DNA of 64,000 bases, from the NCBI RefSeq assembly GCF_009914755.1, contig NC_060937.1, one strand, 5' to 3'. Source of the stretch: the human T2T-CHM13v2.0 reference genome, Homo sapiens. Position 1 is the first letter of the stretch. Every line of letters begins with the position of its first letter. Made by a program: the position numbers and the translations under genes. The notes beneath the pieces were generated by a model. That model did not search any database and had not been told where the DNA came from. It saw only the letters and a list, made by a program, of their open reading frames with translations. Below, piece by piece: positions 57,990 to 64,000 of this stretch.

Positions 57990-58810
57990 TTTATTTGTTG
58001 ATTCATTACCCTCAAATATATGTACTGATTGCTAATTGTGTGCAGAGTGCTCTGTTATGCACCACAGAAGTTGAAAAGATGAAAACACATGCACCATCTG
58101 CCCTCAAGTTGTAGTTTGGAAACTAAATCTTGTATAAAAATTAAGATCTATAAATAACTAAAGTACATGACAGAAAGTGATAAATTCCATAGAAGAAAAA
58201 TCAATAAAGTGATACCAGAGTTCTAGTTTTGGAAAGGTTGTAAAAAACATGAAATCAGGGATGGTTTCAGAATTCTATCTGTGGCCTAAAGGACATAAAG
58301 GATTTAACTGAGAGAGAGCGAGAGTAAGTATGTTTTATAAATTTCCAGATGGTGAACATCATATAAAAAGAGTCGAGAAGATCAGAAAGTAAAAAGTGAA
58401 GGATATATTTCTGAAAGTAAGACAGACTTGGTGAAGGGAAATGGTAGAAGCTAGATGGGTAAGAGGTTAAAATTATAACAAGTCTTGATCGCATAGTAGC
58501 CAATGAATGGAGAAGCTTTTAAATATCAAGCAGAAGAACAGCATCAGAGTGGCATTATAAAGACATTCTTTGTCATAAGTTTAAAAGCATATTGGAAGAA
58601 GGGAATGTCCATTGGCAAGACAAGCCCCTAAGCACACAAATATAATGATCTGGGTATGAAGCAATTTCATCTATAAGCATGATAGCATCAGAATATGTTG
58701 AGGAGGTGAAATATGTAAAATATGATCACTGATTGGACATTAGGAGTAAGCCAGAGAACAGAGAATATTAGATGACCCTAATTTAGCCTGGTGCCTAGGG
58801 TGCCTTGTAA
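57990..58810 (-). mobile_element. L2 3' region
   Basis: caaatatatgtactgattgc..tgtgtgcag, aaagatga, ctgccctcaag, aaaggatttaac, aatggagaagc, gtgaaatatgtaaaa..tcactgattgga, agatgacc. Confidence 0.75.
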
Positions 58811-58839
58811 CATAGATGGCTGGCTCTAGTGTTAGGGTC

Positions 58840-59485
58840 AACACTATGATGGTTCTTCAAGAAACAAAAAACTAAATAAACTTATTACACAATCTAGCAA
58901 TACCACTTCTGAGTATAATACATATCCATAAGAATTAAAAGCAGAATCTCATGGACATAGTTGTAAATTAGTGTTATAGCAACATTATTGTCAATAGACA
59001 AAAGGTGAAAACAATCGAAAAGGTCATCAGTCAATAATTGGATAAACTCTTAATAAATATGGTATATTTTATAATGAAATATTATTTAGCCACAACAGGG
59101 AAGGAAATTCTGACACAAACCAGATGAATAAACCTTAAGGACGTTATGCCAGATGAAATAAGACACAAAAAGACAAATACCAAGTGATTTCATTTATGTG
59201 AAATCCAGAGTAATCCAACTTACAAACTTACAAAAACAGAAAGTAGAATGATGATTGCCAGTGGTGGCGGGTTGGGGGGTGAATAAATGGGAAATTGTCG
59301 TTTAATGGGTGTAGAGTTTCAATTTTGCAAGCTGAAAATATTCTGGAGATTAGTTGTTCAAAAATGTAAATATATTTAACACTACTGAACTATATACACT
59401 TAAAATTGTTAAGGTGGTAAATTTTATGTTACATATGCTTTATTGCAACTAAATTTTTTAATTAAAAAAGAAAAGGAAAGAAAAA
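58840..59485 (+). mobile_element. 5'-truncated L1MB-type LINE-1 3' end with A-rich tail
   Basis: ctagcaataccacttctgagtat, ggaaggaaattctgacaca, acagaaagtagaatg..gattgccag, gtttaatgggtgtagagtttca, acttaaaattgttaaggtggtaaattttatgtta. Confidence 0.93.
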
Positions 59486-59739
59486 ATGAAAGATGAAGAA
59501 AGAACCACAGATACACTCGTATATTTAATCAGAATTATTTCTTCAATACAGTGAATAGTGGAGAGAGAATGTCAAACAGAAATGACCTTTAAAAATGACC
59601 AGGATCTATTAAACAGCAACACAAATAAGGAAGAGAAAATTTGATCTATATAAGAGTAGGTAGTAATATTTTAACAAATGGATAAAATTAATTGTTGGAT
59701 CCTGTCAAACAAAGGTTTTCATAGTTCCCACTCCGTGGG

Positions 59740-59910
59740 TATGAGCACAGTGTTATAGAAGGCCAGACTTCCAGTCTTGGCTTCTGATACCTTCTATTTA
59801 TAAGACCTTGTAAAAGTCACTTAATGATTCAAAACAATTTATCAGTAATACCTGCTTATATCATAGGATTATTCAGAATTTCAAAAATACTTTTATTAGT
59901 GTTTTGCGTA
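59740..59910 (+). mobile_element. MIR fragment
   Basis: gccagac..tcttggcttctg...gaccttgtaaaagtcacttaa...aatacctg..tcataggattatt. Confidence 0.6.
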
Positions 59911-60409
59911 CAAGAAAGGCAAATATTATTATCATCTGCCGACCTCCTTGATGGGTTTTGTGTAAACAATGATAATTGCTAGGTTAATTGCTGCAGGGGA
60001 TTGCCAGAGACTGTCAAAGGTGGGCAAATGCCATTTTTAGCTATGAACATTGCACAATGCATTGTGATCAATGCTGAGAACAAAGGAGATAATATAGACT
60101 CAAAAATCTGAACTCACTTACCAGGTCTGTATATTTATATGAATATAATTCAACTGTAAAATCCAATATTTATTTTCTCCTTGCTGCATGCTATTATTAA
60201 GTGTTGATCTTTCAGGTAAGTTCTCCATATAGCATTAGAGAGGAAGGAATGGGAAGAGAACAAGGGACATGCGAATTTGACAGAACATGAAGAGGAGATA
60301 GGAAAAATGAGCGTGAAGGAGGAATTAAAAAGATAATACTTTTAGAAATTTGATTAGAGAATTTTTGTTCATTTAGATTGCAGCCCATAGGAAGCCGGGG
60401 AGACAGGAA

Positions 60410-60620
60410 ATAGCAATTTTTATCACTGAGCTTGGTACTCTACACGTTATTTAATTTAATTTAATTTTTACAGTAATTTAAGAAGATAGACTTATATTTT
60501 CATTTTTTAAATGAGGACGTTGTCATAAAATTTGCCCCAGTCACACAAGTAGTACATAGTAGGTGGATTTCCAGTCACTTCTCTCTGCCTGCTGTGAATC
60601 AGCATTTTTCATAATGCCAC
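60410..60620 (-). mobile_element. MIR SINE
   Basis: cattttttaaatgagga...aatttgccccagtcacacaagtagt. Confidence 0.65.
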
Positions 60621-60804
60621 TCCATCAAACTTCCACCTCCCAAAATGCATCCAGGTGGATTATCAGAAAGATCGCAGCTCAGGGGTATTTCACATTCTAA
60701 ACTTAAACTGTCACTAACTGCAGGGTATATGTCTATAAAACAGAATATATTCCTTTGTTGAGCAACAAGATGTATTTCTTCATTGAGGACAGACTGGTCA
60801 GAGT

Positions 60805-60905
60805 TTGTTAGAGCTGAAGGAATAGTAGATCATCACAGCTAATGTTCTCATTGAGGACAATTCAGATCAGAAAAATGAAGGAATTTGTCTAAAGGAACTC
60901 AATCA
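60805..60905 (-). mobile_element. MIR (MIR3/MIRc-like) fragment
   Basis: gttagagctgaaggaa..agatcatc...ctcatt...aaggaatttgtctaaagg. Confidence 0.55.
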
Positions 60906-63181
60906 GTTGACAGTTTTAGGTAAACAGATATGAATTGTTAAGTATAACTCAGGAAGATTTAAAGGCCAGTCAGAGATTAATAGAGTACTGTCTAATACAT
61001 GATTAACTCTACTTAAAATATCGAATATGCTACTAAACGATAACATAAATTTCATTGCCAATAGTATAGTTACTTTATCAAAAGTTGCCAGTCATCGACA
61101 GATGAAGTTAAGACAATTTTTCTGTAATTCCATATAATTACTCAGGTGCCTACTGATAATATTTCTAACTCTGTTCCCAAATTTCTTAGAAGTAACCCCA
61201 CATGTCATCTGTAATTAGTAAAACTTAGCAACCTGGAAACTTTTTATTTCCTATCCTTCAATTGAATCAGATCTTTTGTGATATTATTTTTACTCACTCA
61301 TTTCATATACTTTTTACTCGTCCTCAAAACTAGGCTATTGCTTTGTTTTTTGTTAATGTAATAAGAAAAAAAAACTTGTAGTATATTTGCTCTTCCATTC
61401 TCAATCATTATAGGTAATACCTATATACTTTAATGCAACTTTAATAGGAAATAGCAGGACAAGTGACAGAAAGGAGTGTCTTCAATAATTAGTGACTGTG
61501 ATTTACAAAATTTTAAGTATTATCTTGTAATATTTCTTACTGGCTGGTAATGTAAATGTAGCCATGCTAGAAAACACTCTAAATTACAGGCAGAAGTAAG
61601 AAAGTGCATATAACAAATTGATGATATTTTATAACCATGAATTTAACTATTATTTAAGATGAAATATGACCTGAATAAGTGTATTACTTTATACAGTATA
61701 AAATCATTATATCTGAGCCAAGAGGATATATTCCCCCTCAAGAATGTATTTCCCCTCAACTACTCCATTATTCCATAGTACAAGTTGAGCTTCCATTAGG
61801 GTCAAAGTGCTTCACGAGATAATTAAAGCAAAAAACAACAACAAAAAAATAGGCTTCAGTTCTCCTCTGTGAGTACAGTGCATCTAATAAGAAACAGATG
61901 TTCAACTTACAAACAACCAGAAAACACCAATAAAGGCAGCTCATCCTTATAACTGACTCCCATGAAGTTAAACAATTCAAAGTTTCCTACCCAAGATGAG
62001 AATCATTCACACAGAAATGTGGAGAGAAAATTCCGTGCCCCCAGATTTACCACTACCAAAAATAGAAGGAATTAAACAGAGTTGAGTGAGAGAACCTAGC
62101 ACCTTAACCCATATCATAATACAGTGGAGGGTCACTAAACTGTCACCTTTGCCTTTAAACAACTCACTAGATAAACTGAGGGTGTCTTTTGTAGTCTGAA
62201 GTCTAAAGACTAAAACCTTTCACACACTGAATGCTGAAGTGAAGTAAGTTAGCTCCTGTTCCTCAACTCTCACCAACTGGGCTGCCTGCCTGAGTTAAGT
62301 ATTTTTGTTTGTTCTCGAAATTGATCTTAAAATTGAAATTGTTCTTGTTTCATATAATTAATATGATCTTTTTTTGCAGTTGTTCTCCTTATAATAATGT
62401 AATTTCATTAAAGTTTTATGCATCATTAATATTGACTTTGACTTTAAAAAGTCAAAGTAAAACAGATGACTTTTTTTCATGAAAACTAAGATGCTTTCTT
62501 TTAAAAGGCAAAATGAAAACAAGTTACCCAAACAAAAGAAAAAATACAAGTATTTTTCAATTATTTGTGGATAAAATGTGTGACAGTTGAAGGGAAATAT
62601 CATAAAAATTCAGAGAAGAGTGTATCAAAACTTCTTTACATGTATCTTTAAATGCTAGATCTATGTAGAAGATTATGAAAATGAATGAATTATACTACTA
62701 TTAGGCAAGAAAAGTAGAACTTCATTAAGGAGACTACTGCCAAAAGACAATTCTGGCAATACATTAAAAAAGATGGGCAAATGGCTGTACATTTACATGT
62801 TTAAATTGAAATGTTTTTTGTTATTCCTGCTTTATTCAAAAATGAAATAACCATTTATCTGGGATGATAGCATCAGTAATATGGCCTTCTGTTATACTAA
62901 ATTATTAATAGTAGCAAAATAATAAAAAAATCTGTGCTGACAACACTAGAAACCGGCTTAACCAAGATGCCCTGCACAGAATGTAATAGGTACGGAGAGA
63001 ATTTGTGTTTTGGTGTGGTCATATTGTCATTTGTAAGAAATCACCATATCTGTGAAGAAAATATAATTGGGCCAGAATTGTTAGTTTTGCATGCACATGG
63101 ACCGAAGTGGGACAGTCAGTCATGTCATATTTAGTAGCCACCCACTCTGTACAGCTCATTGTACATTGAACATATTTGAGG

Positions 63182-63355
63182 CCAGTTGTTCTCAAATCTT
63201 AGAAGGATCAGAAGCACCTGGGGGGCTTGTTAAAACCCAGACTGCCAGTCCCCGCCCTGAGTTTCTGATTCAGGAGGTCTGGGACGAGGCTCAAGAAGTT
63301 GCATTTCTAACAAGTTCCCAGGTGATACTGCTCTTGCTGGTTCAGCAACCATGGT
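63182..63355 (-). mobile_element. MER5A DNA transposon fossil
   Basis: cagttgttctcaaa...atcagaagcacctgg..gcttgttaaaac...gtttctgattcaggaggtctggg...gcatttctaacaagttcccaggtgat. Confidence 0.92.
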
Positions 63356-64000
63356 AGGAATGTTTTGGGATATGAAAACACAAACCAAAACCAAATCAAG
63401 ATAGTTTTACTCTAGAAATATTTTCATTCTTAAAAGAAAAAAAAAGATATGCTGAATTTACATGCAAAAAGCAAAGTGTATGCATAACTCAATATATAAG
63501 TTAACCACTTGGTTGGCTGTCCACTGATGCATCCCAGAGTCTGCTGGAGTCAATAATATGAAAGGACTTGGAAGGAATTAACCAGAAAAATATTTTTCTT
63601 CTGAAGAAAAAAGCAGGGAGAGTGAGCACTTGCGGGAACAAACAAATGTGACTTAGCATGTGCTAAGAAATATTTTGAAAGCACACAGAAAATTGCATCT
63701 GTCTCTTTCCTTCAAATTTGTGCAATTTAGAGCTAACTGATAAAATTCTTGCTGTCAACCCTGTGTTATCTATATGTCCGTCATTCTTTCACCTTAATTT
63801 TTCTGCCTGGTATTCTCTTTTCTTTTCCTAATGTTTCTTTCTGTCTGTATTTTTAGGTGTAGTCACTGTCACAAGATTTTCAAAGTCAACATTTCAGTAA
63901 TAGTTCCAATTCTGTTACAAGCTGATCCTAAATGTATCATTCTGTTAATTGGTGTAATAGATTAAAATCTACTTGGAAAACATTTAAATGGTGGAGAGAA

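Overview
AT-rich (roughly 35% GC by eye) eukaryotic non-coding DNA from a primate, most likely human or great ape. It carries 11 Alu SINEs (J, S and Y-like), THE1/MLT1/MLT2/ERV1-type solo LTRs, L1M and L2 LINE remnants, MIRs, and MER5/MER82 DNA-transposon fossils, many with readable target-site duplications (TSDs). I see no recognisable protein-coding gene, RNA gene, CRISPR array or prokaryote-type system. The supplied ORFs look like chance or repeat-derived frames. The window reads as a large intron or gene desert, and I cannot name the locus. Items worth a second look: (1) a local direct duplication 741 bp apart with a 63/64-identical core that brackets an exon-like segment; (2) a mosaic AluY/AluS element whose tail is on the wrong strand; (3) a CpG-retaining, motif-rich unique region near 31.5-32.3 kb with a candidate short first exon; (4) several + strand splice-signal candidates that could be joined into an 82-aa ORF (speculative). 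Repeat subfamily names come from remembered consensus sequences, not from a RepeatMasker run. Boundaries of old elements (MIR, L2) are approximate.
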